Origin: Candidatus Helarchaeota ASGARD archaeon Hel_GB_B
Lineage (GTDB): Archaea; Asgardarchaeota; Lokiarchaeia; Helarchaeales; HEL-GB-B
Length of the DNA stretch: 32,000 bases
Direction: 5' to 3'
Assembly: GCA_005191425.1 (NCBI GenBank)
Contig: SUPR01000031.1
Location: 3,823 to 35,822, forward strand
Part shown: in pieces, positions 17,674-27,051 of the stretch
How the letters are laid out: each line of letters starts with the position of its first letter
Position numbering within the stretch: the first letter of the stretch is position 1
The notes under the pieces: generated by a model
Seen by the model: only the letters and a program-made list of their open reading frames with translations
Told to the model about the DNA's origin: nothing
The model's database searches: none
Position numbers and translations under genes: made by a program

Positions 17674-18504
17674 TCATTTGTGATTATTTTTACTTTTTAT
17701 TTCATCAATAACCTTTTGTACTTTATCAATACCTATTTCTTCTATTACTTTGTCAATACCTATTTCTTCTATTACTTTGTCAATACCTATTTCTTCTATT
17801 ACTTTATTAATACCTACTGATTCTATTACATTTTTTAACCCCAAAACTTCGATAGCATATCTGATATTCTTAACAAAATCGTCCATTGTTAATTCTTTTT
17901 CTGTAAATATTTTGGTCACCTCATTAGGATATAATATAAAAGCTACACTTAAAAAATTTTTTAATTTTTTATTTTCAACTATTAATTCAATACTTTTCTT
18001 TAATTTTAAACCTGAAGAAAAAATTAAAAGTGAGATATTTTCTTTTTTTATGTCCAATTCATTGATAACAAGAAAATAAATGGGATAATAAAAATTAAAA
18101 CAATAAAGACCATTTTCTAACTTTTTTAAATTTAATTGTTTAATGAATTTAGAGCGCCTTGAAACTATATACCAGCTAGTAATTTCCTTCATTTGGATAA
18201 TGTTTAGATTTTTTCTTTGACAATAGAGCCCACAATATCCTGTTAATTTTGGAATATCAGACTCTTTTTGTTTGTCTCTTGCACTTTTAAATTCAAAAAT
18301 ATTATATTTTTTTAATCTTTTTGTAATTATAGTTAATGTTCTGCTCCTTATATCAGGTTTCTCTTTTATTATTACAAGATCAATAATAAGAGGCAATTTA
18401 CCAACTTTAACATCCGGCTCCACTTTTAAATTTGCATTTATCAATTCACTCTTTACTAAATTTTTAAAAAAAGCATCCCAACTCATTTTAAATTTCATCA
18501 ACAT
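17674..18504 (-). CDS. PD-(D/E)XK-like (Rpn/YhgA-like) putative nuclease with C-terminal 9-aa tandem repeats
   Basis: DAFFK N-terminus, VGKLPLIIDLVII...IFEFKS (D...ExK pattern), KLTGYCGLY; C-terminal IGIDKVIEE repeats. Confidence 0.55.
   Translation of the reverse strand: MLMKFKMSWDAFFKNLVKSELINANLKVEPDVKVGKLPLIIDLVIIKEKPDIRSRTLTIITKRLKKYNIFEFKSARDKQKESDIPKLTGYCGLYCQRKNLNIIQMKEITSWYIVSRRSKFIKQLNLKKLENGLYCFNFYYPIYFLVINELDIKKENISLLIFSSGLKLKKSIELIVENKKLKNFLSVAFILYPNEVTKIFTEKELTMDDFVKNIRYAIEVLGLKNVIESVGINKVIEEIGIDKVIEEIGIDKVIEEIGIDKVQKVIDEIKSKNNHK
17720..17829. repeat. 27-bp tandem repeat: 3 near-identical copies plus 1 degenerate copy, encoding (I)GIDKVIEE on the minus strand
   Basis: tcaatacctatttcttctattactttg at 17726-17752 and 17753-17779, a last-base variant at 17780-17806, degenerate ttaatacctactgattctattac from 17807. 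Confidence 0.95.
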
Positions 18505-18628
18505 ATTATATTTTTTAAATGGTTAGATTAAATAATTAAAAATTCAATATTTTAATGATTTAAAAAAGGACATAAAAAAATTAGTAAAAAAAATTATGTT
18601 AAAAATAAAATCGTCTGTATTAAGGATA

Positions 18629-20020
18629 TTAACCTTCCCTTTCTATTATGACAGCAGTACCCATTCCGAAACCAACACATAACGCTGCAATACCATAGGA
18701 GTATTTTTCACGTTCCATTTCATAAAGCATTGTGCATGGTAATCTTGCGCCAGAACATCCAGTTGGATGTCCAAGAGCTATAGCGCCACCACATCGATTA
18801 ACTCTATCACCAGGAGCTAACATTCCTTCAGGTGTAAAATCAGTTTGTGATGCGGGATATCCCAATTCATCATGTAAAATTTTTCCAGTTGCAAGAATAA
18901 CAGATGAAAATGCTTCATTTACTTCCATTATTTCAAAGTCTTTTAGAGTCATGTTAGCTTTTTTCATTGCTTTGTCCATTGCATATCCAGGACCAGTAAG
19001 CATGTGATAAACATCGGAGCCAACTACACCAAAAGTGATGATTCGAGCTCGGGGTTTGAGTCCAAGTTCCTCGGCTTTCGCTCTACTGGCAAGTAAAAAT
19101 AATGATGCACCATCATTAGTAGGACAAGAATTACCAGCAGTCATGAATTTACACCCAGGAACTGTCTTTAATTTGCCCATTTTTTCTTTTGCAACTTCCC
19201 AGCCCCAATCAGCTACATTTGTTCGGATTACTTCATCATAATCATAAATAAATTCACCGCGTTCTTTAGTTTTTGTTTTGATTGGGACGATTTCATCCTT
19301 AAATTTACCTTCGCGCATTGCTTTTGTTGCTTTATATTGTGATAGCCAGCCCACTTTGTCCAATTCTTCCCGCGTTAAATGCCAAGTTTGAGCGATTCTA
19401 TCAGCAGATATTAATTGAGATGCAAATGTTGGATAATTTTGCATGACGCCTTCATAAGGCAATGCCATAATCCGTTCATAAAGTTCTCTTGTTTTTTTCT
19501 TTTTCTCATAAAGACCGGGATGCTCTTTACTTTCTTTATATTTTGGTACTTCAACTTTTCTATAATCGTTTGCATCTATCCCTATTGGATATTTACTCTG
19601 TTGTTCAACACCACCAGCAATATATAGGTCGCCCATTCCACTCCAGATTCCCATGCTTGCGACCATCATCGCAGTCTGTCCACTTGCACAATGCCTGTTC
19701 AAATGAAGACCTGGGACAGTCACAGGAAAGAGGGGCTTTTTCTCACCATCTACAATTTTTTGAGCTCCTAAAGAAGTAACTCTTCCAATATCTAGAGCCC
19801 CGCCGCCAACCGGACTACAACACCCAACAATAATATCTTCAAATTCGGCAGCATGGTCATATAAAACTGGATTTCTTTCGAATATTGCCTCAGTAAGTTT
19901 TACGGTCATTAAAGAGGTTACAATCTCACTTAATGAACCTCCTCGTTTACCCATAGGGGTTCTCACTGCATCGATTATAACAACATCATTTGGCTTTTCA
20001 TTAACCAATTTACTCACCAT
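18629..20020 (-). CDS. Thiolase (acetyl-CoA C-acyltransferase)
   Basis: DAVRTPMG, NRHCASG catalytic Cys, TAGNSCPTNDGA, NEAF, GGAIALGHPTGCSG, LCVGFGMG. Confidence 0.95.
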   Translation of the reverse strand: MVSKLVNEKPNDVVIIDAVRTPMGKRGGSLSEIVTSLMTVKLTEAIFERNPVLYDHAAEFEDIIVGCCSPVGGGALDIGRVTSLGAQKIVDGEKKPLFPVTVPGLHLNRHCASGQTAMMVASMGIWSGMGDLYIAGGVEQQSKYPIGIDANDYRKVEVPKYKESKEHPGLYEKKKKTRELYERIMALPYEGVMQNYPTFASQLISADRIAQTWHLTREELDKVGWLSQYKATKAMREGKFKDEIVPIKTKTKERGEFIYDYDEVIRTNVADWGWEVAKEKMGKLKTVPGCKFMTAGNSCPTNDGASLFLLASRAKAEELGLKPRARIITFGVVGSDVYHMLTGPGYAMDKAMKKANMTLKDFEIMEVNEAFSSVILATGKILHDELGYPASQTDFTPEGMLAPGDRVNRCGGAIALGHPTGCSGARLPCTMLYEMEREKYSYGIAALCVGFGMGTAVIIEREG

Positions 20021-20100
20021 ATTTCAATTTTGTTTTCAATATAATAAATTGGTTAAATAATTTAAAATTAGGTTTAAGAATTTTTTCTTAAATTTAATTT

Positions 20101-20118
20101 TATCGACAATTATTGATT
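20101..20118. promoter_or_regulatory. Imperfect copy of an 18-bp palindromic candidate operator
   Basis: tatcgacaattattgatt matches the palindrome at 20326-20343 at 15/18 positions; about 80 nt upstream of the thiolase start. Confidence 0.3.
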
Positions 20119-20325
20119 ATTTAATTTGTCATTAATTATTTTTTTATTTAAGTCGGAAAAAAAATAATTAAATTAACAATGTATATTATGTTTTTAAATT
20201 TAAACTTATAATAATGAAGTATTAAGATAATTTTAAACCAAAATAAATGAAAAAATACAAAGAAAATTAAATTGTAAACCAAAAAATAGATAATAAATAA
20301 TCTTAAAATTTAATTTGAAATATAG

Positions 20326-20343
20326 TATCAATAATTATTGATA
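20326..20343. promoter_or_regulatory. Perfect 18-bp palindrome, candidate transcription-factor site
   Basis: tatcaataattattgata is its own reverse complement; lies in the divergent thiolase / membrane-protein spacer. Confidence 0.35.
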
Positions 20344-20553
20344 AAATAATTCATAAATATATGAAAAATAAATATGAGAATTAGTATACAAATATAAATT
20401 ATAAATTGCATGATAAGAAATAAAAAATAAATGAAAATCAATCTTAAAGGTAAAAAAAAGAAATTAAATTAACTTATTGAACATTAGATATTAATATAAA
20501 CTGATAATTAATATAATTTTTATCTTGAACAAATATAATTTGAGGTTTATTAT

Positions 20554-21678
20554 TTGAAATCAAAAAGTGAGTCATTTAAAGACATTTTTTTTCAAATCAG
20601 TCTGTTTTTTTTTAATTTGATAATAAGTTGGGTATTATTTGATAGTATTAAGTTAATTAAAGATAATTATCAGGTTTTAGTTGTAAATATAATTACATTA
20701 ATAGTTTGTGTATTTTTAATAATCTATTTATCCAATCATTTAGATAATAAAACAACTATAATTATTGGGACATTTGTATTAACATTAGGTTTAGTTTCTA
20801 CTTTTACAATTTCAAATTTATTTTGTACAATATTAATAATTTTTGGATATACATTTTTAATTAGTCCATTATGGACTGAATCGCAAAAAAATCATAGGAT
20901 GTCTAATTTTATATTAATAAATCTTTTATTTTCATTTATTTTTGGTTATTTTATGGAAATATTAGGAGATATCAATAAAATCTCATTGTTAACAATGAAT
21001 ACAGTTTGGACATCAATTTTTCTATTAATAATAGGAATAATCTTAGTAAATTGGTTAATTCCTACATCAGAAAAAAGAGATATGAACAATAAAAAATTAA
21101 AAATTAACAATAACTATAGAATTTCTTATAATATAATTCAATCAATTTCAATAGGTCTATTGTTATTTTTAATAATGACATTGATGAATTTTGAAGTATT
21201 TCCTCTTAATTGTTTTACAGTAAATTATTCGTTTTTTGTAATGATTAATGTCATTACAATGGGAATAATCGTTATTATTTCAATGATTTTTACTAATATT
21301 GAAATTGTGAATAGCCTGAAATTTTTAAAAATAATATATTATTCCACATTAGTATTTAAATGTGTAATTGCAATTTTATTGGCAATATCATTAATCTTTT
21401 CATTTTTGAGTATAATATTATTAATTATTGGGGGTATACTTTCATTTATTTGTATTTTTTTGGATCAAATTATTTTAAATAAATATAACATCGTTTGGTG
21501 GATGCCATTATCGTTAATTATTACTTTAGGAATTTATATTTTTATTATTGTGATCCCAAACCAATTGATTTTATTTTTAATAGTAGCGTTAATTCTATTT
21601 GGTGTATCATTTATTTCTAGAAATTTTATTTTAAGAACAGTTCCAGCTTTGAAAGAACTTGAAAAAGAAGACGATTAA
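20554..21678 (+). CDS. Polytopic integral membrane protein, unknown function
   Basis: 374 aa with about 11-12 hydrophobic segments; TTG start with GAGGT SD at 20542-20546. Confidence 0.75.
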   Translation: MKSKSESFKDIFFQISLFFFNLIISWVLFDSIKLIKDNYQVLVVNIITLIVCVFLIIYLSNHLDNKTTIIIGTFVLTLGLVSTFTISNLFCTILIIFGYTFLISPLWTESQKNHRMSNFILINLLFSFIFGYFMEILGDINKISLLTMNTVWTSIFLLIIGIILVNWLIPTSEKRDMNNKKLKINNNYRISYNIIQSISIGLLLFLIMTLMNFEVFPLNCFTVNYSFFVMINVITMGIIVIISMIFTNIEIVNSLKFLKIIYYSTLVFKCVIAILLAISLIFSFLSIILLIIGGILSFICIFLDQIILNKYNIVWWMPLSLIITLGIYIFIIVIPNQLILFLIVALILFGVSFISRNFILRTVPALKELEKEDD

Positions 21679-21695
21679 TTCGTTTGAGAGTTAGT

Positions 21696-22637
21696 TTAGT
21701 CTATGGTGGAGTTATTATTGCCCTTTTTAGAAATTATAGATTCTAATTTTGGATATAATTCTCTTAAAAAATTACTCCAAATATCCTGTAAATTGATAAA
21801 CATTTCTCCAATCAATACAAAAAAGAATATATTTTCATCAATAACTAAATTTTTTAGCAGAAATTGGAACTGTTTATTAATAACTAAATAGATTTCATTA
21901 ACTCTTTTCATTTCCTTTATATTTTCAATAGTTGTCAACATGTCCATAATAATTGTTAAAAAAAATGGTTTGTTTTCATCAGATTTATAAACTTCAGAGA
22001 GGATTAATGAATTTTTCTCGAAAAAGATAACTCCTTCCAATTTTTTATCATCTAAAAAATTTAATAAAAGTAAATCAATTTTATTTAGGTCCGAGATTAA
22101 TTTTGAAATGCCATAAGAAAATGATTCGACTAACGATTTTCTATCATAAATAGATGTTTTAAAAACTTTTACTTTACCAATGGAATTTTCTAAAAATAAT
22201 TTTTTTAACTTTTCAAATTTTTCCATGAAATCCTTATTGTCTAAGATTTCAGGGTCAAATTTATGAATACAAATGATTATTTCAGGGGTTTCATTATATT
22301 CTTTTAAAATATTTAATATTTCTTTGTAGTATTTTAATGATACATCATAAAGAGATTCATCTTTAATATCAACTATATAAAATAATAAGTCAGTATCGAG
22401 AAAACTTCGTTCATCTCTAATATATTTTTCTCTAAATTTTTCTTGTCCTCCTAAATCCCACAATATTGTTTCTGTACCCATTAAATCAATCGAACTTCGT
22501 TCTATCCCTAATGTTGGACTAATTTTACTTAATTTTGAATATTCTTGCTCTAAAGATAATATAATAGAAGTCTTACCAGCATTTCCTAATCCAGCGTATA
22601 GAATTTTACAATATTTCTGCTCCATGGAAATCATCAA
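21696..22637 (-). CDS. Rag/Gtr1-like small GTPase with C-terminal roadblock-like domain
   Basis: G1 GLGNAGKTS, G2 PTLG, G3 WDLGGQ, G4 HKFD (His as in Rag/Gtr), G5 TSI; ~125-aa C-terminal alpha/beta domain. The true start may be ATG 22634 or 22625. Confidence 0.82.
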   Translation of the reverse strand: MMISMEQKYCKILYAGLGNAGKTSIILSLEQEYSKLSKISPTLGIERSSIDLMGTETILWDLGGQEKFREKYIRDERSFLDTDLLFYIVDIKDESLYDVSLKYYKEILNILKEYNETPEIIICIHKFDPEILDNKDFMEKFEKLKKLFLENSIGKVKVFKTSIYDRKSLVESFSYGISKLISDLNKIDLLLLNFLDDKKLEGVIFFEKNSLILSEVYKSDENKPFFLTIIMDMLTTIENIKEMKRVNEIYLVINKQFQFLLKNLVIDENIFFFVLIGEMFINLQDIWSNFLRELYPKLESIISKKGNNNSTID

Positions 22638-22955
22638 TTTTATTATTGGGAAAAAACTTCATTTTGTTAAGTAGTATTCTTAACATTTAACTTTTATCTT
22701 TTTTCAATTAAATTTAAAATTCAATTTTCTCATAAACTTTTTAGTTTCAATATAATTAAAGAAGTTCTATATTAAAAAAGTGATGCAAATAAATTATTTA
22801 AAAAATTTATTCATTTAAAAAATGTTTAGACTTACAATTTTAAGAAAACACTTCGAGTAATGTTTTAGATTTTGTTTAACTTTTTAAGTTTTGAATATTA
22901 ATAAAGGATAATGAATATAATTTATCTAAATTTCAATTGATGATAGTGTTATTAT

Positions 22956-25592
22956 ATGGACGATAATAGACTACATAAAAAGTATCTAAAAGTCCCGGAA
23001 TGGTTTAAAGAGAATTTAGCGTTTGATTATTTATTGCCGAATCAATCTGCATTTTGCATTGAATGGTTTGATATTAAAGAATTTAAGGACACGAATTTTG
23101 AGTATTATAATGAAAGTGGTTTGCGAAAAAAAGTTAAAGTTAGAAAATTTGGTCCTAATTATTTTATAGTTTCGGGAACTGGGACAGGTAAATCATTAAT
23201 TGCGCATATTGCAATGATTTCGACTCTTACTGAAAAAGGGGGGTTAGTAATTTATTCAGGAAATTACAAAGCGCTTATCAATGAACAATATGATGAAATT
23301 TCAGAATTAATAAACGGGCAAAAATTTAAAATAAAAAGAAAAACGGGAGATTTTACTTCGACCGGAGTTGAAGATTTAGGATATTTTGACATTATATTGA
23401 CTACATATGAGTCTTGTGAACAGATTTTACAGAATAGACCTAAATGGTTGCATAAAGTAAATTTAATTGTGATTGATGAGGTCCATACGATAGGTGATGA
23501 AGGGAGAGGGCCTATTCTTGAAAGTGTTATAGCAATGGCTTTGAGTTTAAAAATTCCATTAATATTCCTCTCAGCCACTGTAGGTGACGAAGAAGATATA
23601 GAAAGTTTCGCCAAGAATTTAAATGCGACTCTTATTGATGCACATGATTTTAGATTAATACCCCTTGATAAATTTATATTAACAGAGAATGAAGCTTATT
23701 TTAATAATGGAAAAAAATGCGTTAAAATTGTCAAGTCTACTGGAAGATTTGAAAACACATCGTCATCAATTGGAGCAATGAGAAATTTTGCATTATGGGT
23801 ATTATTTTCTCAAGCCAAGAAGGCAATTGAAGAAAATGCCCGTGAACCACAAATATTGTTATTTGTCAGGTCAAGGAAAGATGCTGAAGATAATTGTAAA
23901 AGATTAGTAAAAAGGATCAAAGAATTATTAGAAATGCCCAGTATTAAAAAAAATTTTAATTTTAAACCATTTAAACTTGATGATGTAAAGGAATTATCTC
24001 CGCCATCTACGAACGTCATGTTATCAGATATTCTTAAGGAAACAATTCCCTATCGTGTTGCATTTCATTCTTCTAATCTGACATTAGAATGGAGAAATTA
24101 TGTTGAGAAAATGTTTAAACTTGGATATATTCGGGCGATCTGGAGTACTCCAACTTTATCAGCGGGAGTTAACCTTCCTGCTCAATATACGCTTATATAT
24201 CCAAAAATTGGTATTCGAGACTTGAGAATTAATGAATATAACCAGTCTATCGGTAGAGCAGGACGTCCAAAATATGATAAAATTGGATATGGCGGAATAG
24301 TAATGATAAATAGAAACGAATTAACGACTAAAGAAGAGAATTTAAGATGGTACTTAACTAAATATTTAAATGCACCTACTGATGCTATTTATAGTTCTAT
24401 GATTAGAATTGAAGATAGAGAACTAAATAATCTAAAGCAAGAAAATGTTAAGATTAATGGAAATCTTATGTTAATATATTATAATCAGAGATTATTAAGA
24501 ACGCACCCAAATTTTTTTGCATTCATCCTAAAATTAATATCAGCTAATTATGCAACGAATAAACACAAAATAATCGATTTTTGTAAAAAGTACCTATTTA
24601 TTTTTAAACAATTTCCCGAGTTACCAGTATCGAATCTAATTGATGAAGCGATTCAAGTGTTATTAGACCCTTATCGAGTAGTTCCAGGGGAATACTTTGG
24701 CAAAATTCTTTATAAAAAAGCTTTAGGAAATAGTTTTCCCCTAATAGATGAACTTCCAGAGAATAGCAATTCCTATTCTGTTCGACCACTTGGTGAATTA
24801 TCCATTAAGACTTATTTACGGCCACTTAGTGCATCAATTTATGCATCTCTATCTACAAATAGAGAAATTAATCATAGGCTATTTTATAATAAAAATGAAG
24901 ATGTTATTGCTTCAAAATTATTATATTTTATAGGTCTAGCACCTGATTTTCAAGCCCAATTTTCAATTCCATCCTCAATACTTATAAGTTTAATCAATGA
25001 ATATAATAACTACATATCTGACGATGGTTTTATATTAAATTCTGATTTTATACAAATTGATTCGGATGAGTGCTATAATTATAAATCATATCCATCTCTC
25101 TATTCCCTTTCGAAATCTGTTGACCATCTTCAAATAAAATCATTTCTTTCATGGTGGGTTTCCTTAATAACTAATGAATGGATTAATGAAACACCACTTA
25201 GAAAAATTGAGGAGAAATTTAATATCTCAATAGGATCATACCAGAATTTTTTCGGACAAAATGGAGTATATGCATGGTTATTACAGGCATCTGCTTTAAT
25301 TGCAATGCATTATAAAAATAAAATTCTTTATAAAAAATTACTTTTATTAAGTCGAAGAATAGAAAAAGGATGTAAGCTGGATATATTGCCATTAACTTAT
25401 TTAAAAAATGTTGGGCGAGACCGGGCAAGGCAATTATGGAATCTAGGATTTAAAACCATAGAGTCTGTCGCAGAAGCATCTCCAGAGGCTATTGCAAAAG
25501 TTAAAGGGTTAAGTCTAAATCTTGCTACAGATGTTATTGCTCAAGCCAAAAGAATCGTTTCAATTAGAGAAAAAAATAAAAGAAAAAACTAA
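22956..25592 (+). CDS. Ski2-like SF2 helicase, divergent Hel308/Hjm paralog with C-terminal HhH
   Basis: Q-motif LLPNQ, Walker A SGTGTGKS, TTYE, DEVH, LSAT, FHSS, TPTLSAGVNLPA, QSIGRAGRP, C-terminal VGRDRARQLWNLGFKT helix-hairpin-helix. Confidence 0.88.
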   Translation: MDDNRLHKKYLKVPEWFKENLAFDYLLPNQSAFCIEWFDIKEFKDTNFEYYNESGLRKKVKVRKFGPNYFIVSGTGTGKSLIAHIAMISTLTEKGGLVIYSGNYKALINEQYDEISELINGQKFKIKRKTGDFTSTGVEDLGYFDIILTTYESCEQILQNRPKWLHKVNLIVIDEVHTIGDEGRGPILESVIAMALSLKIPLIFLSATVGDEEDIESFAKNLNATLIDAHDFRLIPLDKFILTENEAYFNNGKKCVKIVKSTGRFENTSSSIGAMRNFALWVLFSQAKKAIEENAREPQILLFVRSRKDAEDNCKRLVKRIKELLEMPSIKKNFNFKPFKLDDVKELSPPSTNVMLSDILKETIPYRVAFHSSNLTLEWRNYVEKMFKLGYIRAIWSTPTLSAGVNLPAQYTLIYPKIGIRDLRINEYNQSIGRAGRPKYDKIGYGGIVMINRNELTTKEENLRWYLTKYLNAPTDAIYSSMIRIEDRELNNLKQENVKINGNLMLIYYNQRLLRTHPNFFAFILKLISANYATNKHKIIDFCKKYLFIFKQFPELPVSNLIDEAIQVLLDPYRVVPGEYFGKILYKKALGNSFPLIDELPENSNSYSVRPLGELSIKTYLRPLSASIYASLSTNREINHRLFYNKNEDVIASKLLYFIGLAPDFQAQFSIPSSILISLINEYNNYISDDGFILNSDFIQIDSDECYNYKSYPSLYSLSKSVDHLQIKSFLSWWVSLITNEWINETPLRKIEEKFNISIGSYQNFFGQNGVYAWLLQASALIAMHYKNKILYKKLLLLSRRIEKGCKLDILPLTYLKNVGRDRARQLWNLGFKTIESVAEASPEAIAKVKGLSLNLATDVIAQAKRIVSIREKNKRKN

Positions 25593-25600
25593 TTTAATAT

Positions 25601-26506
25601 TTAATTTGATATTTTTTCCTTAGTTTTAACCATAAGAATTGAAATTATAAGTCCTAAAAAATAAAAAGCCATACAATCCATAAATAAAATTATTGAACAA
25701 GTCATAATTTGTAAATAAAAATAATTATTATCATAATATCTTATATAAATCCCAAGTCCAAGTAGAAAAACTACAAATATAGTTGTAATTATACTCAATA
25801 TAACTAATTGATTCTTGAAATTACCTGTAATTAATTCGCTCTTTTTTATATGTTCCCATGCTATATATGCAATTCCAAATCCCAAAATACAAATGAAGAA
25901 CGTCATAAATACTTGCATAGTTATATTTAAGATATTTCCATATAATCCAATCAATAAAAGAGGAAAAAAGAATAATGATGTTAAAATTCCAATTACTGAC
26001 CCAATATTTTTTATTATAATAGGGTCTATTTTAAACAAATTTTTAGATTTTTCATTTTTATCCTTTGTATTGTTATTTTCATTTTTTATTTTGCCAATAA
26101 CATTCTTATTCATAATTGAAAAATCGTACCCAAACATATAAAATGTGATAAAAAGAAACAAATAGTTTAAACTGTCAATCAAATTATTTAAAAGGATTAT
26201 TGATTGAAAATAGGTAAATATTCCCATTAATAAAGATAAAAATAATGTAATAAAACCAATTATACCGATAACTGTTATGATATTTTTTAATTCTGTAATT
26301 TTTTCAGATTTAGAAAGATAACTCCATAACCATACTCCTCCAATATATCCAAGAAACCCCAATTCTATTCCTAAATAAATAATTATCATTTCAAATATAT
26401 AATTAAAAATTATACCCAGAACTGGAAAAATTAAAAGAATTAAAGACAAAATCAAAAAAATATTTCTCATTTTTCTATAGTTAAGAAAAAACTCTTTTAT
26501 TTTCAT
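25601..26506 (-). CDS. Integral membrane protein made of two internally repeated ~4-TM halves
   Basis: WSYLSKSEKITELKNII versus WEHIKKSELITGNFKNQL and other matching segments, separated by a K/N/E-rich linker. Confidence 0.75.
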   Translation of the reverse strand: MKIKEFFLNYRKMRNIFLILSLILLIFPVLGIIFNYIFEMIIIYLGIELGFLGYIGGVWLWSYLSKSEKITELKNIITVIGIIGFITLFLSLLMGIFTYFQSIILLNNLIDSLNYLFLFITFYMFGYDFSIMNKNVIGKIKNENNNTKDKNEKSKNLFKIDPIIIKNIGSVIGILTSLFFFPLLLIGLYGNILNITMQVFMTFFICILGFGIAYIAWEHIKKSELITGNFKNQLVILSIITTIFVVFLLGLGIYIRYYDNNYFYLQIMTCSIILFMDCMAFYFLGLIISILMVKTKEKISN

Positions 26507-26665
26507 TTTAATATTTCCTGATAACTTTAATTTTAATTAATATATTTTACATTACCATTATTTAATTGATATAAAAAATTGTTTATTAGAAAAAATAATC
26601 ATTAAAAAGATTTAATCTTACGGTTTAAATGAAGGAATTTATTAAATTTTTAAATTAAAATTATT

Positions 26666-27049
26666 TTAATTTATTTTAGATTCTAAATCTCTTGATGCAA
26701 TGATATCGACATTCAGACCGAGAATATTTTTGATTAAAACATCGCCCATTTTGATTGGAGCTGGAACTTTAATATTTGCAATTTCTTTCATACATTCAAA
26801 TAATTTATTTTTAGGTAAAGGTTGATTCGACCTAACTGGAATAAGAGGTAAAATGCCGTTTTTTACAATGATAGTAGTAGTTAATATCCTTCTTGGGTCG
26901 ATATACTCTTGAATAGCATATTCTTTTCCGTGTTTACAGGAATAGCCTTCAGCTTCAATATTTCCATTTTTAAATTTAGAAACTTTGACTTGACAACCTT
27001 TAGGGCAGCCAATACAGGTAATGATTTTTGAGTCAACGATTTCAGACAT
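26666..27049 (-). CDS. DUF1667-family small CxxC metal-binding protein
   Basis: CIGCPKGC...GYSCKHGKEYA..E..DPRRILTTT, PVRS..P.PK, APIKMGDVLI.NI. Confidence 0.88.
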   Translation of the reverse strand: MSEIVDSKIITCIGCPKGCQVKVSKFKNGNIEAEGYSCKHGKEYAIQEYIDPRRILTTTIIVKNGILPLIPVRSNQPLPKNKLFECMKEIANIKVPAPIKMGDVLIKNILGLNVDIIASRDLESKIN

Positions 27050-27051
27050 TT

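Noticed and set aside
17720-17829. CRISPR array
   Set aside because: Units are directly adjacent with no unique spacers, are a multiple of 3, and lie in frame inside a CDS; no cas genes.
17750-18079. Plus-strand ORF with SIPISSITL repeats (also 18272-18526)
   Set aside because: Antisense shadow of the minus-strand PD-(D/E)XK-like gene and its repeat.
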